DNA of 55,507 bases from Phoronis australis (taxonomy: Eukaryota; Animalia; Phoronida). The DNA is taken from assembly GCA_002633005.1 (NCBI GenBank), contig NMRA01000787.1, positions 28,690 through 84,196 on the forward strand. The letters run 5' to 3'. Positions 1 to 12,152 of this stretch are shown one piece after another; the stretch's first letter is position 1; each line of letters starts with the position of its first letter. A program made the translations under genes and the position numbers. The notes beneath the pieces are model-generated. The model did not search any database and was not told the origin of the DNA. It was given only the letters and a program-made list of their open reading frames with translations.

Positions 1-1233
1 CGTGAAATCACGCATCTTGACGAATAAAAAGTTTAAGGGACACAAATCTTACAAATTTCACCTGATACCCTCTCATGCTATTTTGTAAGTGTTACACGCT
101 AGTGTCACGCGCTGCGCTCAGTCTCGCGCTAGCATTTGCCTAACTCACGTGACTCGGTCGACGTACTTTATGGTTATCGCGCGCGCGCGCGGTGAAAAAG
201 TTAACGATGACCAAAAAGTGGAGTTGGAATTCTCCAAAGTCACCTTAATTCTAGTAGATATGCTTTATCAAAGATATGTGAAGAACGTTCATTCTCAATA
301 AGAATGACCAAATGCGAAATGAAAATACATAAAAATAAAGTTCATTCGTTATTGTCAAGTTTAACTCATCAAAACAATGTGCTATTTTAGGGTTATGAAT
401 CAGAAAGAAGTAGCAAGTGATCTCGAACGGTTCTCATTTTATTGAACTTTTAAAAATGGTTCTTAAATGTACAAATCTGTTACCAGAAATGTACGATACC
501 AAGCACATACATACAAGAATAAAAACGTAACGTTTTAATAGCAACCACATAAAAAACATTTAAATCAACAAAAAATAAGTTTGGTGGAAACACTTATACA
601 ATCTGCTTCATGACGATCGACGGAAGGCAAACGGAAAAAAATACACGTGTTATTGAAATGTCATTTTTTGTAACCTATGTGCAGGTAAAACAGCGCAGTG
701 CGACCTTTCGTTTTTTCGCAAACAATGAACACTGAGCATTAAAACTTCTGCGCATTATTTGAAGGAATTCGTGAGTATAAAATCTGAAAAAGTGTAATAT
801 ACTTTGTCACACCAATCCATGTATATAATGGTATGCATTTAGAAAAACCAAATTGAATGTAACGTACATTTCGTTAAAATGACACTTGTTTTTGCTTGGT
901 CCAATTTTAACGTAACTACTGTTAAAACGTATTTGTAGGTTCGGTAAAGACTTAATATAAAAACAGCCAACACTTGGTGGTACATATTGGAAGTTGCCAA
1001 ATAGATAACATACAACTGTAATGTACGTTGTAACATGTTTATTACTATTTCCTATATTCTGCACAGATCTGCATTTTGCCTGCTTATTTCAAACGTGATT
1101 TTATTCTCAAGTACAACTTGCACCTTAGCAAAAAATGAAGCTCTTAATTACGTAAATGCCTTAATTCATTGCAATTCTCAAATAAAAAAATAATGTGAAT
1201 AGCTGTAATTTACGTTATACTCCCAATGGTGAC

Positions 1234-2070
1234 TCACAAAAGTTTTTCTATTTGGTCTATGTCCTCTTGGTCCAGCTTAAACATCCATTTAGTCTCGCCT
1301 GTTGGACTTGGTTCTTTAACTTTTGTAATGATGCTGGACTGTGGAACCCATATGACATCGTGATTTGGCCACTGCAACAGCTGTTTTTTATGCTCCATGA
1401 AGTGTATTTCAGCTTCCATGTTGTCGCTATCAAGTTGCATTATCTTTCCTACATACCAACTGCCTTCAAATAGTGCAGCAACAAATTCTCCCTCGTAAGC
1501 AACATGATCAATGCGGCTTCGTTTCGAATTCACAGACTTCTCCCTGTGACTTTTTGCTGTCGCTCCTGAAGCGTTTTCCATTAGTTGTGTTTTCCACTCA
1601 GTGCTAGGTTCGATTCCGGTAATACAATCCGCACAGTAACAACTAACATCATTGAAGGCAACCAAAGAACCACGGCCAACCACTGTATGGACCTTGATTG
1701 TACCCTTGAGAGGAACAACACGTCTATCCCTCAGTACAATGTCTGCCCTATAACAGTCATCAGAAGAAACAAACAAGAATGTCGCACTCTTCATGCTGGA
1801 ATTTACAGCCCATTTGTAAAAATCAGAAACATCTTGGATGATTGCCTATTCGCTCCTTACCGCTTCGTCAGCCATTCTCTTTGTCGTTCCACCAAGTTCA
1901 TCGCACGGACCTTTGCCGTGGCCTACTTCAAAAAAATTCCACTTGGCATCAATATCGTATATCTCTCTGTGATTTGCCACTGTGAAGAAAACTTGTTTAT
2001 TGCGGTACTGACTAATGGGTCCGTCCGTCCAATAATGAATCATTTGCACGCCAGTCTAGTATGCAGTCAC
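1234..2070 (-). mobile_element. Decayed Sola-like DDD transposase, 3' part only, with CxCxxC motif and C-terminal Tudor/SH3-like domain
   Basis: ORF 1846-2049 reads WTDGPISQYRN...WNFFEVGHGKGPCDELGGTTKR, matching the DGxxxQYKN / HGKGPCDG signature of Sola-type transposases. ORF 1234-1794 continues with SCYCADC and GEFVAALFEGSWYVGKI...FMEH...WP...DVIWVP...I. The frame is broken between the two ORFs and the N-terminus is absent. Subgroup assignment is uncertain. Confidence 0.75.
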
Positions 2071-2239
2071 TAGATTTATTTTTGTGCTGTATCTTACCTT
2101 TAGCAACAGGTCCTCGAATATTACATGAACTTGGATCTTTTTGGTGTCGCCATATTTACCCAAACTGGGTAAAGGAGACAGTGCCTTAAGTTTCTTCACT
2201 CATAGTTTCTTCAGTTGCTTGCGCTCTAGTTAAATAGCC

Positions 2240-2500
2240 TGTGCTGAACAAGTTTTGAAACTACCATCTACCGAAGTCGTCACAGAGCACGGCTATAAAC
2301 TGAGACGCATTCTCCCCAAGTTCCTTTTCTCTCCATGGAACTCCCTTTTACAACCCTCATTCATCTGGAGTCTTGAGTATATTCATCATAGTCATTTACC
2401 TCACCCGTTGCCAACCCGCGGTAGATGTCTAATGGGTTTCCCTTCAGTATGTTTCCTAGATGCATGGCATAATCTTGTCGCCAGAGATTACCTCTCGACA
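2240..2500 (-). mobile_element. Ty3/Gypsy gag fragment (degenerate)
   Basis: Manual minus-strand translation gives HLGNILKGNPLDIYRGLATGEVNDYDEY and, after a frameshift, ELGENASQFIAV. These resemble the Gypsy capsid motifs LxxLLxGxAxxxYxxL...DY and GExxxQF. Confidence 0.5.
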
Positions 2501-3791
2501 TGCATCCATGCTGACTTCATCAAATAATAAGTCAGCTAAGAATGGATTACGGTGATTTGCAAATTCTTTGGTTTCTTTTGCCCAATTTGCATTTTCATCA
2601 TATTTATTATTTGATGTTCGCGTTCACGTGTTCTCGAGCTTCACGCTCTGCCCTCTCACATTTACTCTCAGCAAACATCAGACAGAGTGAGCAGTTACCA
2701 TGGTTTTGTGTTATTGTTTCTGTAGCGGTGATGTTATATACAGCGTTGTGTTTTTATGTGTTGTGAATGGCCGCCGATGTCGACCTGACGGATAGAAACT
2801 CATTTGTTTTGTTTTTGAAGTTTGAGTATTGAAACCGAAAACCCAGAAGCGGGATAAAAAGGAGAGTTGAATAGTTTAAAAATATGTTCGAATTTTATTA
2901 TTGCCGTCGTAAATTACAAACGATGATGGAAAGGAATTTATAGATAACTATTGAACAACTCGTAGACTTTTGGTAAAATCCAAGGAATAACTATACGTCA
3001 CACATTGCGTTTGAGAACTTGCGGCTGGAGCGGGTTTCAGACGCCAGACAGCCCGCCAAAATACTAGTTCACGGCTTTTTATAGACCAAAAGAATGCACC
3101 TGAGGAGGGAGTCTAATGCATGGGTGACGTAATGGAATGCCCGTATAAGTAGAGTCAACTAAGAATTCTTTTCAATTTCAGCACACTGGGGTAAGTCAAC
3201 ATGCCAATTGAACACCCTACTTTAATACGCAATAGGTCTAACCAATCAGAAAAAATAGGTCAAAGGTCATTGAGTGCAAATTAAAATTTTGAGCTAGAGA
3301 CTTCAAAATTACAAATCTGTTTACTAAATGCGATTGAGTTTGAATTCTAAATTTTCAGGTCATTTGGTGCACCCATGTGGTCATTAGGTGCATTTTTCAT
3401 TCATCTTGTATTCTGAAGCGCTTAAAGTAAAACATCTATGATTCGTAGCATTAACCACACTTTTAATCGAGTTAACAATTATTCACTCATTGGTGTTCAT
3501 AATGCACCGGAAGAGGTCAATTAGTGGAAAGGTCATCAAAATATTAACATGTAATTTCTCCTACAATATTAAAGAATTCCTTTGCTGTCAGTAACTTCCC
3601 AAAACAATTCCAGTAATACGCACGCGCAGAGTCCTTTATTGTCACGCCATGACAATAATCTTTCTAGTTTCAACGTTCTTCTTACTGCTACTTGTTATCA
3701 TAGAAATAACATCAGTGAGAATACATACAAAGAAATTCATGAAGAAAACATGCCAATATTCTAATAAACGTATTCCAAAAACCTTACATAC

Positions 3792-3997
3792 CTTCAACTA
3801 CTAATGATGAAGCACTGATTGTCAGGAGCTCCTCATCAACTCTGACAATAACACATCTTTGAAAAACATCAATGATGCATGCCTGGCCTTCTCTTACATC
3901 CTGTTCACTGTCCTCTCTAAACTGCACCAGATCATTTTTGACCAGTTCTTTCAGGACTGACATCTGCTTGACAGTCGCAGCTTACGCTTTTTTCTGC
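3792..3997 (-). pseudogene. Putative exon 2 of Tudor-like pseudogene (basic stretch plus SH3/Tudor-fold-like segment)
   Basis: Bounded by ttctag| and GAAG|gtatgt. Joined to the phase-1 exon 1 it reads RRKKRKLRL. In a shifted frame it reads QMSVLKELVKNDLVQFREDSEQDVREGQACIIDVFQRCVIVRVDEELLTISASSLVVE. Near-identical in copy B (14420-14625). Confidence 0.45.
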
Positions 3998-5883
3998 CTA
4001 GAATAACACAGTCAAACAATACTCAGTGGTAACAGACACGTAGCTTTCACAAATATAAAAAAATGAATGACAAGATACTGCACTGATTAAGACAGCCCAA
4101 AGAAATTTGGCCATTCTGTGGGAACTAAATTATTTATGATAGTAAAAAGTATTATTACATTAGAGTGTGACGCATCGTAATTGCAGTTGGAAATAACATA
4201 ATATGGCAACACAACAGCAAACCACAAACAAAGACTTTTGTTTTAATCAATGAATACCCATGCTGCGAAAATAGCATGTTTTCCCTTGGTCATATGTGAA
4301 AGCGACCTGCAGAGTCCTGTGCTACTCCTATATCCGTCAGTAGAACTACTTCCTGTCATGGTGATTCTCCAGAAAGGAAACCCTATCATCATCTCAATGT
4401 GGTTTAGCCTCGATTCATTCAATCATCACACTGGGCAGGTTTACGAGGCGAAAGTATCCACCCTACCTCACCTTTATAATTTTTGTATCAAGTAAAATGG
4501 AATAAATTTGCATTGCCCCTCCGTTGTAGTTCACATTTTTATGTAACAATGGACGTTTGCTGAGAGAAATAAGTAAAATATGGAAAATTGATAGTAAACA
4601 CTTATGACCCAAAGTGTGTAGTGCGAAGGTGGAGGCATAACTGAGGGAGCTCAAGAATAGGGAATTTAACAACTGCTCCGGCAACCAAAAGTTAACTTTT
4701 GATGAAGAACAGGGCAGGCAATAAAAGTTAATTAGGTTATTGTTTGCTATTCGACTCTATTAACGTACATACTTGATGCTACTATTTATTGAATCCTCTG
4801 GTCATGGTGATTTAAAAAATGTATTACTTGTACAGATTGGTTGATCTTTATTTATAATTTCTGAGTTTTCCAGCCATTTTAAAGTGCGAAACTTTTCGGC
4901 AGGATTAACTAATGGTTAACCTTGAGGGAAGTTGGTTCGATGCAGAATGTGTTTCTGTGTAAGCATACTACCAATTCCATTCGTTTAAAACAGCTCTTGC
5001 CTTTGAGACGACACTTGTCCGCCATAACACAAGGCGAAATCATATCTGCGAGATTTCAGGTGTTTTCGAGAGCGACTTTTGTCCTTGAGAACATGCAATC
5101 TCGTGTTTTTTCTGAATAAGAAGCTTTGAAGAGGCAATCCTTTGTAAATGACTATTATTGTTTTTTTACTCAGTTTCCTTAATGTGTCACGTGATATCTT
5201 CAACATACTACCAATTTTGGGATCTTCTGACACACGCTTGATCATTGCAGTTATCATTCCTGCCGAGAGGTGTCACAGTTTTATAGTGGCGGTCACTTGA
5301 GATCGGCTGCCGCAAATGAACACTTCGCAAAAACAGTAAATACATGAATAAGAAGAGTCTAATTGGTACGAGTAATACCGGCATTGGAATATCAGTGAGC
5401 ACAATGGCGAGAGTAATCAGAATATATTAATATCAAGTATGTACGTTGAGTCGGATTGTAAACAGCAACGGTTAATTAATATGGACAGCTAACATAGCAG
5501 GATTACCATATTTGTAAGATCAATCGATTAGAGCATAAATGGCATAGGCCAACTCAACATTTGGGTACACGGTACACCATCCGAAAAATTCTGGATCAGT
5601 CAATGGCATTGAAAATCCCAGAATACCAATTCAATCCAACAACATCTAACTTATTACAGTAAATCTACTTCACAAAGAACAAAAAAAGTTGAAGGCACCA
5701 TGGCCGCTTCGTTAACACGTTTATTTTTCACAAAGAAACATTGTTTCTCTGGCTTTAGATGTGGTACAATAACAGTAGTCTGTAATTTCATGAACGAACA
5801 ACCCCACGAGTTAACGGCATATTTTATTTATACAGCAACAGCATCAAGCGAGTAGAGACTTAAGTGACGATAAAAATACTTAC

Positions 5884-6088
5884 GTTTTTCTCCACCTGGT
5901 CCCGAACACGACACACTCTCGATTGGGCTCAGCCTTTTGCGAATGTCACTCTGCTTGACAACCTGATCAAACTCAGACGGTCATCCGTTAAAACTGACGT
6001 GAATCTCATCGTCATTTATTTCCCTCACAGTTGCCTCCGCCCAATGTCCATTTTCGTCTATTGCCTGTACTTTTTGTCTAACTTTCAT
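5884..6088 (-). pseudogene. Tudor/Agenet/MBT-like (Royal family) domain exon with in-frame stop
   Basis: AAAATG start at 6088. Reads MKVRQKVQAIDENGHWAEATVREINDDEIHVSFNG*PSEFDQVVKQSDIR; the TGA sits where the conserved W of FxGW...FD is expected. Ends at AAAAC|gtaagt. Confidence 0.7.
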
Positions 6089-6628
6089 TTTGAAACGGCT
6101 ACTTTTTGGCAGAAATAAAACTACACACCCATCCTCACGTGTTGGACTGGACTCACTACTCACCACGATACGCGAGTTAGGTCCTTATAGACATATATTC
6201 ACCAAAATGAAATTGCTGTTTTACTGCTAAATTATAGCGTCCTTTTTTACTTATATTTCGATAATTTAACATAAAAATAGTTTAAAAATGACAATCGTAA
6301 GTCGATATTGACGTCTTCCTTTGTTGACAGTGAAACCGCATTACCGCGTAGTAACGATTCTCCAATGTGCAGAGCTAGCCTGAACTGAAAGTGAAATATC
6401 TCGGCCAAAACTTCATCGATTTTCGTGGGAGAAAAACGCTTGCTATCAGAATTTTACGAGGAGTTTGTTGATGAATCTTTTACATGTCATTGAAAAAGGC
6501 GAAAATACAAACGTGTCCTATTTCTTCAGGCAGCCCTTATCACCAAACCATTGGCTTCACGGGCAATAAAATGTAATCGACCGAATAGATCTGTCGACCA
6601 CAGATGTACCCTGTGGCCGCTTGATCCC

Positions 6629-6670
6629 AGACCGTCCCGAGTTGCTCCAGGAGCCAACTCAGGACAGTCT
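6629..6670. repeat. GC-rich palindrome/hairpin
   Basis: agaccgtcccgagttg-ctcc-a-ggagc-caactcaggacagtct is almost fully self-complementary. Copy B (~15650-15683) has lost part of the right arm. Confidence 0.75.
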
Positions 6671-6769
6671 CTCACAAGGTTTTACATTGTGTACGCTGCA
6701 CACAATAAACAGTGTCGTTAATAAAATATTGGGTAGTTGTGTCGCACTTATTTTGCCTCACTCTCCTTT

Positions 6770-8508
6770 ACTTCATCACGAAGCATGTTGGTGACGGCCT
6801 GTGGGAGGCTGAGCTGCGTCTGTGAAACCGCAGGTTGACGAGGGATGAGCGGCAGCGGCCATGTTTCTTTTGGTTGAAATCTTTCACACTGAGCTAAAAA
6901 GGATATCCAGCACTCTCTTTTGCCTGAGGGTTTTTTATCCTCTCAAGTGGAACCCTCTGAAGACTCCGCTTGACTAGGTCAAGCTTCCCATTTGGAACAC
7001 TAGTCAGTAAGGTCTGTTCAAGTGTATTCGCTTTAGTGCTACACAAAGCCTTGTACAGGCATCGCACTTCAGTGCCGTGTCTCCGGAAGATAAAATGATA
7101 TGGCTTGCTGTGTTGTTTCCCTGAGTTCACATGGGGTTCAAGCCAGTCCCTGACATTGTAGATGCCAGATACAACCTCACTTTCTGGACGCAACAGAGTG
7201 ACCAGATCGCTGAATGTTTCCGCATCCTTCTTTCTCAGTGTATCAGCAATATGGGTGAATGCTGCATCAATATCCTCATATGAGGCAGTCGTCTCTTAAC
7301 GAAAATTTAGCAAAAGAAATCAAGACTAATTTGTAATTATTGTATTTCCAGGTATGCTATGGTGCAAATCTTAAATCCTTACCACAATGATCTTACAGTG
7401 TTATTTTACATTTTTAGTGAACAGTAATGTTAAGTAAGTATTTTTAAACAAGAAATATCTTGAATATTTGTACAAATGTGGTAAGTCACCTGTGGAATCA
7501 TTGTCAACGGATCAATAAATTTTCTTTTCTGGGAACTTATTTAAAAATGCCACTAACTGAAAAATCGTAACCACGGAAAGCTTTCTGTTTTCAGATACTG
7601 GGACTTCCTGTTATGAAAGGAGTAATTTTAGGTGAACTGGTAACGCACTTAAAGTCACTCAGACGCAGCAATGGTTTTGGCTTAAAAGTCCAAAAGTGAG
7701 TTTAGGTCACACAGGGAATTGGTACAAGGGGCCAGACCATTATTAAAAATTAAACCAACGAACAGCTTTGCATCTAAGTGAACTTACTCTGGTCCATTCC
7801 ATCAATTATCAAACTGAGGAACTTTTTTGGCTGAAGCACGGTCTTTTCTCTTTTAGAGTAGTAGAACTGTCTTTCAAGCCTACGTAAAACAAATTAAATG
7901 CATTTGAGTAAGCCAAAAGTGTGGTTCTGTTCTCCAAAAATATGGGTCATTTTGCTAGACATGGAATTACCAACAAGCCCTTTTTAGAAAACATATTTTC
8001 AGTTACAAAGTCAGTTTTAATTTCAAACCTTGTCAAGAATAATTATGTTAACAGTAAAAAAAAATGAATTGAATGTGCAGAGCTGTTGTTTTCAATTTAT
8101 AATAACACTACTCACATCTGACGTTCATTATGCAGCCTGATTTCATTGTGAATGAAAGTGATTTTTTCCGGGTCTTTCTCCCTTGTGCGCTGTAGATCGA
8201 GTCTTTCACAGATGGAACACTTCGTGAAGCAGTTAGTCTACAATAAGAATCAAAAAGAGCGTTGGCACAACAATCGATCTTCCACTCCGTACAGCTTCTC
8301 AGAAGTACGTTTTCTAATCACTTGCAACAGCCACTGCGTACGCTCTTTGCTGTCTCTAAACCAGAAGGTTTCCTTGCACGGCTTGATATCAGCATCGCTG
8401 AAAGGTTTTAAACAGTTCCGTCTGCAACAATTCTGAATTGATTTGGTTATGGCTACTTCTGCTTTGGATACTTTTTGTGTTGCATTCTGCTTCGTTTTGG
8501 GTCTGCAC
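6770..8508 (-). mobile_element. Intron-containing Sola-like transposase pseudogene, copy A
   Basis: Exon 8508-8116 (CCRRNCL, LLCQRSF, FTKCSIC, HNERQ) splices in frame to exon 7879-7788 (MLERQFYYSKREK...LSLIIDGMDQ|gtaagt). The last exon from ~7295 reads YEDIDAAFTHIADTLRKKDAETFSDL...VRDWL...KPYHFIF. IIDGMDQ and (GHTH)EDID are Sola-type catalytic motifs. The exon carrying the middle Asp is not visible. Confidence 0.8.
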
Positions 8509-9639
8509 CTGCAAAGAATTAATAAAATTTGCAAAAATGCCATTTTCAGTGATAGTTTAAATGCCATGCAAAAGATAAGCCACATCTCTTTAAACGTTCA
8601 GTTAAATTGCGATAGTACTGAAACCCCTTCGACCCGCACACTTGATGACCCAAAACCTTGACCCAGTCTATGCTATCTTGACTCCATCTGAACAAAGAAC
8701 AAGTGCTGACTTGCAGGACCAATGAGTTGGGCCATGAGCTTGGCTGGCTTTTCCCTGTTTTTTTGCATTAGGAGAGTGTTTGGCAAGTTTGAAACCCAAA
8801 ACAGAAAAACTGACAAAATCGAATCAAAACCTACCAACATTACAAATGTCGTTCTCAACAGAGCGTAATCGTCTTTTCTGCTCTTCAGTCAATGGCAGAT
8901 TCTATCTTTTTTTGGAGAGTGCATGGAACTGACATTCACAATCTTAGTCACATTTTCACTATTAAAATGAGACAGCGTTGAATTTGTCTATGAAATTGAA
9001 GTTGGCTTTTAAGTCGATTTCAGAGATGCGGATGAAAGTTTGGACTTCTTGAACTAGTTTGAACTCCAAAACAATTGGAACATTGTTATCATATTTACTA
9101 GGCCCTAACTCTGAGTAGTTATATTGGAAAGCATGTTGACAAAGTTTGGATAAAGTTGGTAATAAAAGTAGACTAACATAACATAACATAACCACAGCTT
9201 CATTCCAAGCTTCAACCATAACAAGTCAAATCAACTATTAGCCACTTACTCTGTCACAAAATTGGCAATCCACCGATGGGCAACTATAGATGACCATAGG
9301 TGGTGCTAATGAATAATTGAGGTTCTGATTTTTAGCATCTGAATAGTTGAGCTGATTGTCCTATGTCATTACTTGAATGTTCTACCTGAATGCCTGAATA
9401 TATTCCCAACAAAAACGTTAACTCACAAGTGCCAGCTATTGAATTTCAAGTCGCCCATAGTAAAATTAAAACAGATAGAAACTTTTATTTAAAACTGCAC
9501 ACCATCTCACAATCATTTTTACATTTGTAAAGGTAAAAACTTACTGTTAGTAGTGATGAAGCATTGGGATGATGACTAGGGCATCCTTATAGTGAAGAAT
9601 ATTTTTTCCTATGACTCGACATATTTTCACAGTTTTCAT

Positions 9640-11110
9640 GCAACCCATCTCTGCAGTGACTTTGTCGATATTAAGAGATGATGAATCAAAAGGATGATCT
9701 CTGCGCACGATGATGAATTCTGACTGGTGCTCAATAATATTTTGAACAATGACATTCTTCCAGCCGACTCACACAATTATTTGGTTTAGATGTTAAGATG
9801 CAAAACTTATCCAGATTCAGTTGTTTGTGTTGCCTTCTAATTGGATGAACAAAATCATTAGGTAAAGGGCCGCTGTGGTGTTCTTGTTTAACCTCCATTT
9901 TCTGTGCATGAATTACCTTCTCTGTATCTTCCTTTTCTCTCAACCGGAGAACAGCTTGCTGTAGTTCTGAGCTTCACTTCTTGACCAGTCGTTTTAAGTT
10001 TATGAAGATAATTTTCAAAGGGAAAAGCTGAAAAGTCATCCAGTGGTCTGTGGTTCTTTACATAATTGGCTAAGTGAATGAGACTGTGAACGTTTTATCC
10101 AAGGAAATGGGGTCCATACTGTTGAGCACAGTTACAAAATGTTTTAATATGTCTCTGGCATAGTCATAAATGGTATCTGAGGCAAGAGTTGTCAACAAAC
10201 GAATAGCAACAGAAAATGTAACAAAATTGGCTTAAACTTCTCTACTTTGTCTTTTAGTACTACAATGCCAGTATAGAGCAAAAACAATCGAAATTCTGTT
10301 GCCTTCCAACGGTCCATCTCTGATAAATCTCTGGGTTTCCTTGGGAACTCATTCGGGATGGAGTTCGACATTGAAAGCAATGAGTCACTTATTAATCTTT
10401 TGCACTGTCCACCAAACATTCCAACAAGGGGTCCCTTTGTCCACAGCCAAAGTTAAAGTCGCATCACTCCAAGGCAAACCAAGTGCATGTAATCAAGAGG
10501 AACTTGCGACACCATTCCAACAGAAAGTTGTGACAGCGGGTTAGGACCATTATGGCGAATATTGTCCTCTATTTCATTAAATGACACATCAGTGCGTAAT
10601 GGGGCATCCAAGTCTTGATAGGTCATGCGGTTATCAATCCTGACACCACGAACGCAACATTTCTTGCAGCCAACTGTGGCAACATGTGACTTTACATTCT
10701 TTAAAAATGCTCAAGCAGGAGTGTCAAGAACAAAGTTCTTAATTAACAAATAATGAGAGCCACCAACATCAACTCCAGTTCTTATCATATGTAACACCTC
10801 AGTTGAAAAATCATCTAGGTACTCCGTCTACACTGACTTGCAAAGCAATGAAACGACTGGCCAGTTGGTTGCTATCACATTGCAGCCTCTGCATAACATT
10901 GCTCATAATCCCAAAATGGTAATAAGACCTGCCACCTAAGTTTCTGACATTATCAACTTTTTTGGTCTGTAGCAAAGCTCTTGGGATCTTTGGGCAAGTC
11001 AGCAACCATTCGTAAAATTTGCAGTAGAGATCCTTACTCAGTGTGAGTAATGTCATTTTTCAATTGCCCAAACAGAGTTCTTTCGCCTGATCAAATTTGC
11101 TCTTCAGTAT
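9640..11110 (-). mobile_element. CACTA/EnSpm (CMC superfamily) transposase pseudogene, copy A
   Basis: Ordered motifs PKIPRALLQT, LQVSVDGVP, FVLDTPA*AFLKNVKSH..GCKKC, DYMHLVCLGVMR, EFPRKPRDLSEMDRWKATEFRLFLLYTG, VHSLIHL..PLDDFSAFPFENYL, typical of animal EnSpm transposases. Many stops and frameshifts. Confidence 0.88.
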
Positions 11111-11289
11111 TCTGAAGATGAGAAATATTTCTCATTACAATCATCCCATTCGGATTCCTGAGGGTCGGTAATGTGATTGCAGATTTCTGGTTGTTGATTA
11201 TCCACCAGAGTATTAGCGGAATCTGGTTCAGAAATTGAATCTGATAGATAACCTCTTCGGAGACCAGGATATTACCACTCATGGCGACA

Positions 11290-11833
11290 CACGTTAACGT
11301 GTGTCGCCATGAGTGTTGATCTACAATCAGATCGAAAGTTCATCTGATCTCGGATACTCGAATGGTTTGTCATTATAGCCAAAGCTCTTTCAACTGATAG
11401 AGGTCTTTGTAACAACGCATATTCCCTGATTCCCCGATCCCGCGCTCCCGTACAGAATCGGTTTACTGCCTCCCTCTGAACTAGTTCCAGACCATATGAA
11501 CCATACACTCTTTTTGCTAATCCTTTTGCCCTTATGTCCCTTTCACATGGGGATTCATCAGCCCTCTGGCGTTCTGACTCCAGTTTTCGCTTAGCCAAAT
11601 CAATCATCCTGCACGGAGTAGAAATCATCTAGTTTAAAGAACACGCCTGACAGTGAAATCATTGGCTCTGTTTCAAAAACCCCCAAAATCAATTCCAAAT
11701 GAGGAACCGATACACAGGATAATAAAGCTTCCTTTCTGGGCGCTTCAGTAAGACCCACCATTTCGATCCACTGAGAAAATAATTTGAAACGTCGGTAATT
11801 GGTTGACCCGTCAAAGAGGATGTGACTGGGCAT
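11290..11833 (-). mobile_element. Ty3/Gypsy gag (capsid) fragment, family 1
   Basis: LFDGSTNYRRF...KEALLSCV...KLDDFY, then after a frameshift LAKRKLESERQRADES...LAKRVY...RFCTGARDRGIREYALLQRPLSVERAL (retrotransposon gag QxxxES / FxxG..D / PxTLExA pattern). Confidence 0.75.
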
Positions 11834-11982
11834 CTTTTACCTGACCACGTTATCTACCAATACTAATCACGCTTGGTTGTATTTCAGTTTAAAAAATTCC
11901 CAACGGGGTTCACGGTTCTACACTGGCCATAGCATTATGCGGTGCATCGTTATCGTTGCACCATCCCCTCAAACTAGCATTT

Positions 11983-12152
11983 TCCTGACCATTTGTAACA
12001 CTGCGCACTAATGGGAGTAGCCTGCTGGTTATTCCAAGCTTCTATTGGTGCAGCCACCGGAGTATTCGAAATTTCTGCTGCCGACCACCGCACTGAATCA
12101 TGACAACGTTCAGTGACTACTAGACGTAGGGGATTCTGGGTGTGTGATAACA
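11983..12152 (-). mobile_element. Putative PBS and short 5' LTR of the family-1 Gypsy element
   Basis: On the minus strand, TGTTAT (12152)...GTGTTACA (11994), 2 nt, then TGGTCAGG, just upstream of gag. Homology to copy C resumes right after 12152. No second LTR is visible. Confidence 0.4.

Noticed and set aside
4985-5257. Basic 90-aa ORF in the copy-A-specific insertion
   Set aside because: No recognisable motif or convincing splice structure; cannot be assigned.
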